A stretch of DNA of 64,000 nucleotides from an uncultured Nitrososphaerota archaeon (GTDB lineage Archaea; Thermoproteota; Nitrososphaeria; Conexivisphaerales; DTJL01). The stretch is from assembly GCA_963842885.1 (NCBI GenBank), contig CAWJIE010000003.1, positions 416,001 through 480,000 on the forward strand, read 5' to 3'. Below are positions 38,244-48,553 of this stretch, piece by piece (position 1 is the first letter of the stretch; the number at the start of each line of letters is the position of its first letter). The notes under the pieces were generated by a model that made no database searches, was not told the origin of the DNA, and worked only from the letters and a program-made list of their open reading frames with translations. Made by a program: the position numbers and the translations under genes.

Positions 38244-38913
38244 ATGAACCTTCGGGGTTGGTTCCGTTCCTTCAGGGCGGGAGAGGTGGAAATCCTCGCC
38301 CTGCTCAAGCGACATGTCGAGCTGAGCCTTAAGGCGTCCAGGCTGATTCAGAGACGTGTTTGACCGTCTGGCAGCGGGGGACCATGCAGCTGCCTACGTG
38401 TCTTACCTTGAAATCGACAAGGTCGAGACAGAAGCGGACGGCGTGCATAGGGAGCTCGTCGACAAGCTGAGCACAGGGGTGTTCTTCGCCAACCTCGGCA
38501 CGGACTTAATGAGCTTGGCCGAGAACGTCGACGGCGTGGCCGACAGCGCCAAGGCAGCCGCCAAGATACTCATCCAGCGGCACCTCGGGGCGGCCGAGCT
38601 GGCCTCCATAAAGGAGAAGGTGACCGAGCTACTGGCGGTGACCGTCAAGGCGGTGTCGTCGTTGGAGATTGCCATCGAGGACTTGGGGAGAGGGAAAGGT
38701 GACCTTGTCATGCGTGCGCATGAAGTCGAAGAGTACGAGGAGTCGGCCGACGTGCTCAAGGAGGCCCTCATAGAGCACATCTTCACGCTGGACCTCCCCG
38801 TGCTCTCCGTGCTTCAGCTGAGGGACTTCGTGAACATGGTGGACAACGTCTCCGACAGCGCCGAAGACGGCGCTGACGTCTTGTTCATCTTGGCGTCGAA
38901 GGGGTACAGTTGA
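38244..38913 (+). CDS. DUF47/PhoU-like phosphate transport regulator (frameshift near 38350)
   Basis: ETEAD, EESAD, DNVSDSAED; directly upstream of the PiT transporter. Confidence 0.82.
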
Positions 38914-39815
38914 TCCTCCCGGACGCGGTCCTGCTCCTTGTCGCATTCGTCTTCGGGGCGAACAACATAGGCGTCATCAGATCGTCCTTCCAATACTTGT
39001 CGGGGAGGGACACCGGTCTGTACCTTGGAGCAAGCTCGCTGGCCTTCGCCGTAGGCTACCTCGTGGAGGGCTCCAAGGTCAAGGCGACCTTCACGACGAG
39101 CCTGACGTCGGCGGGCGGAGGTGCGTCGCTGGTGGCCCTGTCCACGGTACTGGTGCTGATGACCGTCTTCACCCTGCTAAAGCTCCCTGCCAGCATTTCG
39201 AGTACCGTGTTGGGAGCCATGGTGGGCGTTTCGCTCGCCATGAACGCCCGGCTTCAGGTGAACTTGATGAGTTCGGTGATCGTGGCTTGGCTGGTCGCCC
39301 CGCTGTCTGCTGGCCTCATCGCCCTTCTCCTCCACAGGACCTTCCTGTCGGCGGTGGGGAGGGGTTCTCTCGTCTCGGCGGCGTCATCGTCTAGGTACAT
39401 GGGGATTGCCGCCCTCCTTTTCACCAGCTATACCCTCGGCGCCAATAACTTGGGCATGATGTTGGGATTCTCATCGGGTCCCGCGGTTTCCGTCCTCGTC
39501 GTCCTGGTGGCCATCGGGGGCGGCCTCCTCTTCAGCAGGTCGGTGGCCTGGTTGCTCGGATGGAAGATGGCCGTCCTGAGTCCCTCGGAGTACCTTTCGG
39601 CCCTCCTGGGGGCCAGCCTGACCCTTTGGGTCTACACGGAGCTCGGCATCCCCAGCAGCCTCACGCAGGCCATCGTGGGGGCCATGGTGGTCCTCTCCAT
39701 CGAAAGGAAGCCCTCCATCGTCAACCTGAAGGTGCTCTACGAGGTCCTGGGCTCATGGGTCTTCCTCCTGCTCTCCTCTCTGGTGGTGGCCTTCCTGACC
39801 AGCCTGCTCCTATAG
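38910..39815 (+). CDS. PiT-family inorganic phosphate transporter
   Basis: Two GANN motifs, PASIS, GIPSSLTQAIVG. Confidence 0.85.
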   Translation: MILPDAVLLLVAFVFGANNIGVIRSSFQYLSGRDTGLYLGASSLAFAVGYLVEGSKVKATFTTSLTSAGGGASLVALSTVLVLMTVFTLLKLPASISSTVLGAMVGVSLAMNARLQVNLMSSVIVAWLVAPLSAGLIALLLHRTFLSAVGRGSLVSAASSSRYMGIAALLFTSYTLGANNLGMMLGFSSGPAVSVLVVLVAIGGGLLFSRSVAWLLGWKMAVLSPSEYLSALLGASLTLWVYTELGIPSSLTQAIVGAMVVLSIERKPSIVNLKVLYEVLGSWVFLLLSSLVVAFLTSLLL

Positions 39816-39894
39816 GTCCCTCCTCCTTCGTCGGGGTCATGAGACTGAGCGCCCCGACGTCTCCAACTTTATAGCTTCCCTCGGCCCATCGCTG

Positions 39895-40395
39895 GTGCCC
39901 TTGCCCAAGCTGCTGATATTCTGCGGCATCCCGGGGACAGGTAAATCGACGATCGCCAGGCTCGTGGCGGCAAGGCTAGAGGGCACGGTGCACATTCAGA
40001 CAGACGCGGTCAGGTGGATGATTTACCATCCCACATACACCAACGAGGAGTCGGAGTTCGTCTATGCGGTCTGTATCATGCTGGCGGGGGAGGCCCTCCA
40101 ACGAGGCTACAACGCCATCTTGGACGGCACGTTCCTCAGGGAAGAGTATAGGGAGGAGGCCTTGAGACAGCTTCGCGGCGCATACGACTCCTACCTTGTG
40201 GTATACGTCCACTGCGACGTAAGGACCGCCTATATGAGGAACATGTCGCGCGAGGCAAGCGTCCCCCAAGACAGGTTCAACCAGATGCTTTCTCGACTGC
40301 AGGAACCTGCCAGCGCCTTGAAGGTAGACTCGGAGAAGACGTCGGCCGAGCTCGCCGCCGAGGCAGTTCTCGCCCAGATAAGCGGAAGCGGCTAG
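39895..40395 (+). CDS. P-loop kinase (AAA_33-like)
   Basis: GIPGTGKST, DAVR, ILDGTF. Confidence 0.85.
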   Translation: MPLPKLLIFCGIPGTGKSTIARLVAARLEGTVHIQTDAVRWMIYHPTYTNEESEFVYAVCIMLAGEALQRGYNAILDGTFLREEYREEALRQLRGAYDSYLVVYVHCDVRTAYMRNMSREASVPQDRFNQMLSRLQEPASALKVDSEKTSAELAAEAVLAQISGSG

Positions 40396-40680
40396 GAATC
40401 GTCACGAATGATTCGAGGGGACGTCACGACAGGGAGGAAGCCCATTGCCCTGGTTTCTGGAAAGCCAATACCGTCATTCGTCACACACAACGCCAAGTGA
40501 ATCCGAGCGCCTTGACCGGTAGGACTGCAGAGAGCTCATTTGACAGCGGCTCATACTGCATCTGCAGGCGACATAGACAACATGGCTACACGGCTTATGG
40601 GAACCTTCCAGGAGCACACTTCGAAGCATGGCTATGAGCTTCACTCTGACCCGGCTAGCGCAGTTCCGGGGATCTCCTGC

Positions 40681-41634
40681 TCATAGGCTGACGTAGCTCA
40701 GCTTCAGCCTTTCGTATTTCAGGGTCAGCTGTATCGCGAAGTCCGAAGCCTCGATGGCCACGGCCGGAGAGGGCACCTTTGATGCGCTTCTTGGGGTCGC
40801 TCGCACTCCAGCCCGCGCCTTAGTGAGCTTGAGATACTTCACTCGCTCCTCTTCGTCCAACATCGTCAGAGTGTCCACCAGGAAATGGAGGTGATATACT
40901 GCTTGACTGACGTCCAGCGCCAGAGCACGCACTTCGGGAGTTGGGTAGCCCAGGGCGTATTCGTCCGGCTTCAGCATCCTCTGGAGCAGGTCGGTGCTGT
41001 CCGAACCGAGAGCCGTGGACAGCCAGGCGCCTCCGACCTCGCCTGCGACGGTGACCCAGTCAGCCAGCACATCCTCCAACAGCTGGCCGGACATCTCGAC
41101 GGACGCCATGTAGTCGCCGCGTGCAAGGGCGTCCTCGGAGGCCAGGGCGGTCTCCCTCCAGGTTTGGTTCTTAATCTGAAGGGCGAGCGACAGGTCCTTC
41201 CAAGGCACTCCGATGACGTTTTCACAAAGCGTCACAATGAGCTGCTCCACTTCGTCGACCCTTCCTGAGACATCTGAATCTATGAGCGCCTGGTGGTAGA
41301 TAGCATTCCTTGCATTTTCGACGGCCCAGACCAGGCTCAGCTGCTCCTCGCTCAGGGCCGAGTCCGGCGCCACCTTGTTCACGACCTTCCTGGCGTCCTC
41401 GACTAAATTGACGAACTTCATCTTGTCGATTCCCTCGAAATATTGACCGGAGAATCCGAGGGTGTGTCCGTTCTCGCGCAATACCGACCTGAACGTCCAT
41501 TCCAGGGCCTGATGCGCCTCGAGGATGGACAGCATCTGGTTGAATCTCGCGTCGACGGTCGAGTTGTATACGGCGCTTTCGACCAGAGCCCTCAGCAACA
41601 GGAGCTTCTCCTTGACGCCTGCGGAGGCCTTCAT
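40681..41634 (-). CDS. Orphan helical protein with a HEPN-like R-X4-H motif
   Basis: HQALE in an N-terminal helix and RNAIYH. Confidence 0.55.
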   Translation of the reverse strand: MKASAGVKEKLLLLRALVESAVYNSTVDARFNQMLSILEAHQALEWTFRSVLRENGHTLGFSGQYFEGIDKMKFVNLVEDARKVVNKVAPDSALSEEQLSLVWAVENARNAIYHQALIDSDVSGRVDEVEQLIVTLCENVIGVPWKDLSLALQIKNQTWRETALASEDALARGDYMASVEMSGQLLEDVLADWVTVAGEVGGAWLSTALGSDSTDLLQRMLKPDEYALGYPTPEVRALALDVSQAVYHLHFLVDTLTMLDEEERVKYLKLTKARAGVRATPRSASKVPSPAVAIEASDFAIQLTLKYERLKLSYVSL

Positions 41635-41819
41635 GGCGACGATTCGGACTTTCTTCCTGTATTACTTAAGCGTTGAAGTCGTTGACCCGAAAAGGAATCT
41701 GTCGTAGGCCCATCACACAAGGAGAGTTTCACATCCCACTAGTACGGGTCACTTCAAGGAGGTAACCCGAATCGCTCAAATAGCCGCGTTAGCTCATAGG
41801 TGATCCCGTCACTAGGTGG

Positions 41820-42344
41820 ATGCTGTTGCAAGCCGAGCCCCTGGATTCGTTGCTCAAGGAGATATTGAATAGGTACAACGAGAGCCCCGGGGGCTGGAGG
41901 ATCTTCGCCGACGCCAAGGGCAATATGCTCGTCCTGGGGCCGGGGACGGGCTACAGGTTGAAGCTGCTGTCCCTCAATCCGGCCGAGGTCACGGGGGTCG
42001 GAGTCGACATCTCCTCGGAGGAGGCCCCGGGCATGCCGCTCGACGTTCCCTCCTACGGCTACCGGCCCCTCTCCCACGTTGATGTGGTCCAGCTCTTCTC
42101 ATCCTTACGGCGAAACGCGCCGGTGCCGCAGGGGCTCGTTGACGGCCTCCTAGGCATAAAGCCCGTGCCCACTTGGGACTTGAAGGGGGAGAGCTCCCAC
42201 GGCGTCTTGACCGGGCCCATCATAGCTCACCCCGACCTGGCCTCAATCTCCCGAGGACAGAGGGAGCTCGACGCGAAGCTGACCTTGGAGGCGGACAGGC
42301 TCTTCAGGACCAAGTATCCCTTCAGGGCCGGCATCTACGGCTAG
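41820..42344 (+). CDS. Hypothetical protein
   Basis: 174-aa ORF with host-like codon usage. Confidence 0.65.
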   Translation: MLLQAEPLDSLLKEILNRYNESPGGWRIFADAKGNMLVLGPGTGYRLKLLSLNPAEVTGVGVDISSEEAPGMPLDVPSYGYRPLSHVDVVQLFSSLRRNAPVPQGLVDGLLGIKPVPTWDLKGESSHGVLTGPIIAHPDLASISRGQRELDAKLTLEADRLFRTKYPFRAGIYG

Positions 42345-42563
42345 CCAAGCCTACATCCAGCCAAGGCACTGGACACAATGGCGTCCATCAATACCTAGCT
42401 CCCGAGCCATGATGGTGGCGGAGGCAAAAGGCCTTAAGATGATTTGGAAGTATTCCTTCATGGAGGAGGCTTCGACGCGCCTCCGCCGATAGTCTCCCTG
42501 CACCCATGTGCCCCTTGAGCTCTCGGGTCGGGAGTCCCGTTAGGTTTCTGTGACGCCCATTAA

Positions 42564-43211
42564 ATGGTGGTCAGCGGTGACGTCTCCGAATCCGGCATGA
42601 GCATGGTCCAGTATAACGGGCGGAGCTTCTTTCTGGCCAGCGGCGAATCGGACGTGGGAGTCGTGCTCGTCCACCAGATCCACGGCCTGGATGACTACAT
42701 AAAGTCCGTCTCTACCAAGCTCGCTGCGGCGGGCTTCAGCGCGGCGGCGGCCGACCTGCAGGAGGGGATGAAACTCCGGGAGGCCGTCACTAGGGAGGAG
42801 CTGCTGTCGGCCTTCGAGAGCGGCATGAACCTTCTCATGGATCGCACCGGAGCAGGCGTGAAGGTGGGGTCGATGGGCTTCTGCATGGGAGGGGGCTTCG
42901 CGCTCCAGGGAGCCTGCGACCTCGACATGAAGTTCTGTGTAGACTACTACGGGATGATAAATGACGTCGAGGAAGTGAAGGGCCTCAGGGGACCTGTCCT
43001 CTTGATCCTTGGGAGTGACGACGAAAGGGTCACGCCCTGGGCGTTCCAAGCCTTCCTGCCTTCTGCGGTGAAGTACAAGAAGCGGGTGGACGTGCACCTC
43101 TATCCTAACGCAAGGCACGCCTTCCACGACCCCGGCTGGGAGGGATACAATCCCCAGGCCGCCGAAGACGCGTGGAAGAAGACGCTGCTCTTCCTGTCAC
43201 AGTTCAAGTGA
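42564..43211 (+). CDS. Dienelactone hydrolase family protein
   Basis: HQIHGL, GFCMGG, HAF. Confidence 0.9.
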   Translation: MVVSGDVSESGMSMVQYNGRSFFLASGESDVGVVLVHQIHGLDDYIKSVSTKLAAAGFSAAAADLQEGMKLREAVTREELLSAFESGMNLLMDRTGAGVKVGSMGFCMGGGFALQGACDLDMKFCVDYYGMINDVEEVKGLRGPVLLILGSDDERVTPWAFQAFLPSAVKYKKRVDVHLYPNARHAFHDPGWEGYNPQAAEDAWKKTLLFLSQFK

Positions 43212-43218
43212 CCATGTC

Positions 43219-43384
43219 GTTCGCGTGTTCGCGTCCATGTTCGCATGTTCGTTCGCGTACTCTAGTTCTTCCGGCATACACGCCCAGAGCAGGATTGTTC
43301 TGCTCATCTTTTAGCCTGTCCATTGCATGACACGAACATCTGGTCTGTGGTTCGATAACATGCGAACGAACACCCGAACAGGAC
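43219..43384. repeat. GTTCG/CGAAC cluster forming an imperfect 21-bp inverted repeat
   Basis: 43238..43258 matches the reverse complement of 43360..43380 at 18/21. Confidence 0.7.
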
Positions 43385-43597
43385 TCTGACACTGACTCAG
43401 GCAGCAGCTGTAGCTAGTGGATTGGGTGTCCTGAAGCTAACATGAATTCAAGCCTTCCGCAAGGGTAGGAACTTCGAACCTGTCTCTTTGGACAGGACGA
43501 GATGCATACCTGTTACGGGTTCAAGTACAGCAGGGGCGTCGAATTCCGGCTACCTAATCAACAGGAAAGTGGCCAAGTCAAAGGAGGTCTCGAAAAT

Positions 43598-44083
43598 TCA
43601 GTCGGCGTGCTGCAGCTTCGAGACCTTGTGACGTGCCTCCAGAGCCGCCTTCGTTATCTCTAAGTAGGCCCCGCAGCGGCACAGGTTTCCTTCGACGGCC
43701 GTCTTGATCTCATCCTCCGAGCAGAGGGGCTTCTCCTGGATTAGGGCGTAAAGGGTGATCAGGAATCCGGGAGTACAGTAGCCGCACTGAAGCGCGTTGG
43801 ATTCAGTGAAGCGCCGCTGCAACCTCTTTACGAGCTCATCTTCGGCTAGGCCTTCCAGGGTGATTACGCTCCTTCCCTTCACCTTCGCGGCCAACACCAG
43901 GCAGGAGTTGACCGGCAGTCCATCCATCAGGACCGTGCAGGCCCCGCATTCGCCGGTTTCGCATCCCCTCTTGACGCTGACCACGCCGAAGCTGTGCTTG
44001 AGGACGTCGAGGAGCGAGCTGCCGGGATGGACGTCCGCCTCCACTTTGGTGCCGTTGAGCCTAAAGGCGATGTGTAACTCCAC
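43598..44083 (-). CDS. Molybdenum hydroxylase [2Fe-2S] subunit
   Basis: GCETGECGACTV, QCGYCTPG, NLCRC. Confidence 0.93.
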   Translation of the reverse strand: MELHIAFRLNGTKVEADVHPGSSLLDVLKHSFGVVSVKRGCETGECGACTVLMDGLPVNSCLVLAAKVKGRSVITLEGLAEDELVKRLQRRFTESNALQCGYCTPGFLITLYALIQEKPLCSEDEIKTAVEGNLCRCGAYLEITKAALEARHKVSKLQHAD

Positions 44084-44085
44084 CC

Positions 44086-44949
44086 TTATTCGCCTCCGGC
44101 CCTCTCCACCGCTGTGCGAAGCGCCTTCTCAGTAAGCACCGCCGCCATCTTCTCCCTGTATGCGGCGCTCGCCCTCACATCTCCGATCGGCGATATGTCT
44201 CTCGACACCAGCTTCGCCGCGGCTCTCAGGCTCTCCCTCGATGCGATCCTTCCGTGGAGATAGGCTTCTACGTGCGTCGCCCTCACCGGAGTGGGGGCTG
44301 CGCTCCCAAGGAACACTCGGACCTGGCCCACCTTTCCGCCAGACAGCCTGACGAGCGCCGCCACGCTGACGACAGCCAATATGCTGGCTTGCCTCTTGCC
44401 CAGCTTGACGAAGGCACACCCGCCGCGGGGCTTCGGAATCGAGACCCGGGTGACGAGATCTCCGTCTTGCAAGACCGTCTTCCCAGGACCCAAGAAGAAC
44501 TTCTCCAAGGGAATCGTGACCTCGTCGTCGCCTCGCCTCACCGACAGCCGCGCGCCGTAGGCCAGCAGGGGCGGCGCCGAATCCGCCGCCGGCGACGCGT
44601 TGCATAGGTTCCCCCCCAGCGTAGCCAAGTTGCGCACCTGCCATGCAGCGAAGAGGTCCGACGCTTCCTTTAGTGCGACGAGCTCCCTGGCGACGACCGA
44701 TGAGCGTCGCACTTCCTCTATGGTAGTGAAGGCGCCGATCGCTATGAAGTCGCCTTCGTCATTTATCCCTGACATGCCATTCGCGGCGGAGACGTCAATG
44801 AGGTACTCCGCCTTGGCCTTACCACTGCGCAGCTGCACCATAAGGTCAGTGCCTCCCCCCATGTAACGCGACACTCCCTTCTGCGATGCGGCGAACTTGA
44901 CCGCTGCCGCTGGGTCACTGAAGGCCCTGTATTCCACACGAGGTATCAG
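44086..44949 (-). CDS. Molybdenum hydroxylase FAD subunit
   Basis: GGGTDL, VRNLATLGGNLCNASPAAD, DVRASAAYR. Confidence 0.92.
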   Translation of the reverse strand: MIPRVEYRAFSDPAAAVKFAASQKGVSRYMGGGTDLMVQLRSGKAKAEYLIDVSAANGMSGINDEGDFIAIGAFTTIEEVRRSSVVARELVALKEASDLFAAWQVRNLATLGGNLCNASPAADSAPPLLAYGARLSVRRGDDEVTIPLEKFFLGPGKTVLQDGDLVTRVSIPKPRGGCAFVKLGKRQASILAVVSVAALVRLSGGKVGQVRVFLGSAAPTPVRATHVEAYLHGRIASRESLRAAAKLVSRDISPIGDVRASAAYREKMAAVLTEKALRTAVERAGGE

Positions 44950-47294
44950 GAAGGTTCGCCTCCATGGATGAGCCCGTAAACACGCTCCGGCGTGAGCGGT
45001 ATCTCGTCGGGGGCCTTCCCCACGGCGTCCTTGACCGCATTGGCGATGGCCGCGGCCATGGGGATAAGGGCCATTTCGCCTACCCCCTTCGCTCCGAAGG
45101 GGCCATAGCTGAACAGGTCTTCCGAGCAGACGAGCTCCTCCACTGGGGGCATGTCCCTGACCGTGGGCACCAAGTAGTCTGTGAAGTTGGGATTGAGCAC
45201 CCTGCCCTCCTTGGTGACCACCTCCTCCATCAAAGCGTAGCCCATCCCCTGGGCCACCGCACCGTGTACCTGAGCCTCCACAAGGCCGGGGTTCAGTATT
45301 CTGCCGGAAGCCAGGCCGGGCCAGACGCGCTGGACGGACACGGCGCCCGTCTCCGTGTCGACCTCGACCTCTACGATGACCGCCATATAGCTGAAGGCAG
45401 GGTAGGCGAAGCCGCTGCCCTTCTCCTCGTCGAACTTGCCTTTCGGCACGAAGAAGTAGCCGGTGGAGGCGGTCTCCACCCCCGTGGTGTAGCATTCATT
45501 GATCAGGTCGCCCCAAGCGACCTTCCTCTGCCTGAACCTCGAGTCGAAGACGAATCCCTTCTGAATCATCACGTTCTTGGGTTCGCAATCGAGCATCTTG
45601 GCGGCCGCTCCCTCCAAGTTCCTTCTCAGGCGAGAAGCCGCGACCAACATTCCGGCCATACCGACGCTTGAGCCTCTTGAAGCGTGGGTTGCCCCCGTGT
45701 CCGGGGCGTCCGACGTGCCCATATGCATGGTTATCGCGTCGATGTCCACGCCTAGGACTTCAGATATGACCTGCGCCGTGCTCGTCGTAGTGCCCTGCCC
45801 CATCTCTACGATGCCTGTGTAGGCATCTACGCTTCCGTCCCTCCTGATGACGATGTATCCGCTTGACCAATCGGGGACTCCCCTGCTGGTGCTAATCCCG
45901 TGCCAGGCGCAGGCGACGCCAATCCCTTGGGCCCTGCCGTTGGCAGCCCAGGCAGGCCTCCTCCTCTTGGCGCTCCAGGAGCTTCCCGTGGCCGTCTTCT
46001 CTAACGCTTCGTAAATCCCCACCGAGTCGACGAGCCTCTGGCCGGTAATCGTCAAGGATCCCTCCCTTAGGAGATTCTTCAGCCTCAGCTCCACGGGGTC
46101 CATCTCCAACCTGTCGGCTATGGCGTCGATGTTGGATTCGGCAGCCAGTTGAATCGAAGGGTTGCCGAAGCCACGGAAAGACCCTCCGTAAATCATGTGT
46201 GTGTAGACAAGCCGCCCGTCCACCTTCGCGTTGGGGACGAAGTACGGGCCGGAGGCATGCATCGTGGCCCGCCAGAGGGTGAAGGGGCCCCTATTGGCGT
46301 AGGCTCCCGCATCGAATAGGATGTTCACGTCGATGGCCTTGAGCAGGCCATCGGAGGAGGCTCCGGTCTTGTATCTGATTATCGTCCTCTCACGCTTGCA
46401 GTGAGAGCTGAAGCTGTCCTCTCTGCTGTAGTTTAACATGACCGGCCGGCGCAGCTTATGGGCTGCCACCGCCGCCTGGGCCGAGACAATTGGGCCCATG
46501 TCGTCCTTCCCTCCGAATCCCCCCCCGATGGCCGACTGGACAATCCTGACTTCCCTCTGCTGCCACCCAAGGACCCGGGCGACAATCTTCTGCGCAAGAT
46601 GAGGGTACTGGCTGCATGAAATGACTGTCATCCCTTCGGAAGTCGGCATGGCCAAGGCCCCTTCCGCCTCGATGTATGCGTGGTCTTGGTAACCGGTCCG
46701 GTACGTCCTTTCTATGATTACGTCGGACTGGGAGAAGCCCGTCTCTATGTCGCCCCTCCTCACCCTGGTTTCGATGGCCACGTTGGACTTGTGCTCTTCA
46801 TGCACCAGAACCTTGGAGTCAGCGGCTTCGGAGGGATCGTAGACCGCCGCCTTCTCTTTCAGCTCGACCTTGACGGAAGCAGTCGCCTCCTCGGCGGCCT
46901 CGGGCGACTGGGCGACGGCCAGGCCGACGGGCTCCCCGTGGAACCTGAGTACCCCGTCGGCGAACGCGGGCTGGTCGAGAATGAAGTAGCCGACCTGGTT
47001 CTTGCCTGGCACGTCCCGAGCCGTTATGCCAGCTACGAAGCCTGGGACCTTCGCCGCTTCGTCGAATCGCACTCCGAGGAGGTGAGCCGAGCTGACGGGG
47101 CTCTTGACGATCCTCGCGAAGAGCATGTCGCGGGAGAAGTTATCCTCCATGAACTTCCCCTTCCCCAGGACCTTCTCCATGGAGTCGACCCTCGTGACCG
47201 ACTTCCCGACGACGACGAGATCCTTGGCGTGGAGCCATCGATCTAGGAGCCCTTGATAGTCCTCCATCTCCGTCTTCGACACGCTGGTGCTCAT
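44946..47294 (-). CDS. Xanthine dehydrogenase-family Moco subunit
   Basis: GGGFGGK, SFRGFG, EMGQG, THASRG, GAKGVGE. Confidence 0.93.
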   Translation of the reverse strand: MSTSVSKTEMEDYQGLLDRWLHAKDLVVVGKSVTRVDSMEKVLGKGKFMEDNFSRDMLFARIVKSPVSSAHLLGVRFDEAAKVPGFVAGITARDVPGKNQVGYFILDQPAFADGVLRFHGEPVGLAVAQSPEAAEEATASVKVELKEKAAVYDPSEAADSKVLVHEEHKSNVAIETRVRRGDIETGFSQSDVIIERTYRTGYQDHAYIEAEGALAMPTSEGMTVISCSQYPHLAQKIVARVLGWQQREVRIVQSAIGGGFGGKDDMGPIVSAQAAVAAHKLRRPVMLNYSREDSFSSHCKRERTIIRYKTGASSDGLLKAIDVNILFDAGAYANRGPFTLWRATMHASGPYFVPNAKVDGRLVYTHMIYGGSFRGFGNPSIQLAAESNIDAIADRLEMDPVELRLKNLLREGSLTITGQRLVDSVGIYEALEKTATGSSWSAKRRRPAWAANGRAQGIGVACAWHGISTSRGVPDWSSGYIVIRRDGSVDAYTGIVEMGQGTTTSTAQVISEVLGVDIDAITMHMGTSDAPDTGATHASRGSSVGMAGMLVAASRLRRNLEGAAAKMLDCEPKNVMIQKGFVFDSRFRQRKVAWGDLINECYTTGVETASTGYFFVPKGKFDEEKGSGFAYPAFSYMAVIVEVEVDTETGAVSVQRVWPGLASGRILNPGLVEAQVHGAVAQGMGYALMEEVVTKEGRVLNPNFTDYLVPTVRDMPPVEELVCSEDLFSYGPFGAKGVGEMALIPMAAAIANAVKDAVGKAPDEIPLTPERVYGLIHGGEPS

Positions 47295-47392
47295 GAAGAC
47301 CTGAAAGAGGAGCCGCTATACGTTATATAAGCAATTAAGGGGGAATGCTCCGTGATGCCCGTCCCTATTACACATGTAATAACCCGGAGTCG

Positions 47393-48322
47393 CTACTTCC
47401 CGAGTATCTCCTTAATCAAGGCCGCCCTGACGAACATTCCATTCCGGGCCTGGTCGAAGTACTTAGCGATGGGCAGGCCGTCCAGGTCCGTGCTCAATTC
47501 GTCCACACGCGGGAGAGGGTGCATGAGGAAGGGCACCTTCTTGAAAGGGGCGAGTGAAGATCGACTGAGCTGGTACGAGCCTTTGAGCCTTTCATATTCC
47601 GTCAGGTCGGCGAATCTCTCCTTCTGAAGCCTTGTGACGTAGAGGAAGTCCAGCCTCTCGACCACCTCCTGGTATGTTTCGGCGAAAGAGGACTTGGCAC
47701 TCCTGAGAGATGCGACTACCTCCGGCCTCACTTGTAGCTCTCTTGGGGCTATGTAGGTGATTTGAACGCCGTCGAACTTGTCCAGGGCGTATGACAGGCT
47801 GCTGGTGGTGCGGCTGTGCATCAGGTCGCCCATCATGCCTATCTTCACGCCGTCGATCGAACCCCTCACGCGCTTGATGGTGTAAAGGTCGAGCATGGCC
47901 TGGGTGGGATGCTCGTTGGATCCGTCGCCGGCGTTCACGACAGGGGCCATGCAGATATCGGCCGCCACGCCGGCCGCTCCCGGCGTCTTGTTCCTAACCG
48001 CGATGACGTCAGGCGAATATCCATCCACCATCCGCATGGTGTCTTCGAATGTCTCCCCCTTGGCGATGGAAGCGGCCTCAGCCAACCCGAAGTCTATCAC
48101 ATGGCCGCCTGCCTTGACCATGGCGAACTGGAAGCTCAACCTCGTCCTAGTTGAAGGTTCGAGGAAGACGGTGGCCAGGAGCTTTCCTCGCAGGAGGTCC
48201 AGCATCCCTTCGCGCTCCATGGCGAGCCGGATGCCATCCGCATCCGTCAGCAGGCCGTCTAACGCTTCGCGCCCTATCTCCTTGGTCGAGATAACGTCTT
48301 TGCCAGCAAAAGGCGAGGTCAT
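47393..48322 (-). CDS. pyrB: Aspartate carbamoyltransferase catalytic subunit
   Basis: EPSTRT, KGET, NAGDG..HPTQ, TRLQKER, HPLP. Confidence 0.88.
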   Translation of the reverse strand: MTSPFAGKDVISTKEIGREALDGLLTDADGIRLAMEREGMLDLLRGKLLATVFLEPSTRTRLSFQFAMVKAGGHVIDFGLAEAASIAKGETFEDTMRMVDGYSPDVIAVRNKTPGAAGVAADICMAPVVNAGDGSNEHPTQAMLDLYTIKRVRGSIDGVKIGMMGDLMHSRTTSSLSYALDKFDGVQITYIAPRELQVRPEVVASLRSAKSSFAETYQEVVERLDFLYVTRLQKERFADLTEYERLKGSYQLSRSSLAPFKKVPFLMHPLPRVDELSTDLDGLPIAKYFDQARNGMFVRAALIKEILGK

Positions 48323-48553
48323 GGGTCCTACGAGCAAAAGCGCCCCGGGCCAGCTAATAAGCAATTCAAATCCTTGTACTATGTAACCCCATTCAGGAGA
48401 ACCCTCTGAGGGCCGTCGATGCAGTTTCCTCTACCAGCGCGGAGGACGCGGACAAGAGCTGGAGGCGCGCCTTTGTTGAAATGCGGACTTGAATCCGACC
48501 ACAGCGCAAGACTCCAGCAAATGCTTTAACGTCGCGATGGATTCCGCAGTCGT

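Noticed and set aside
36681-48363. Identical 13-mer CAGCTAATAAGCA upstream of two operons as a specific regulon operator
   Set aside because: On the minus strand it reads as an ordinary BRE-TATA core promoter, and similar elements precede other genes.
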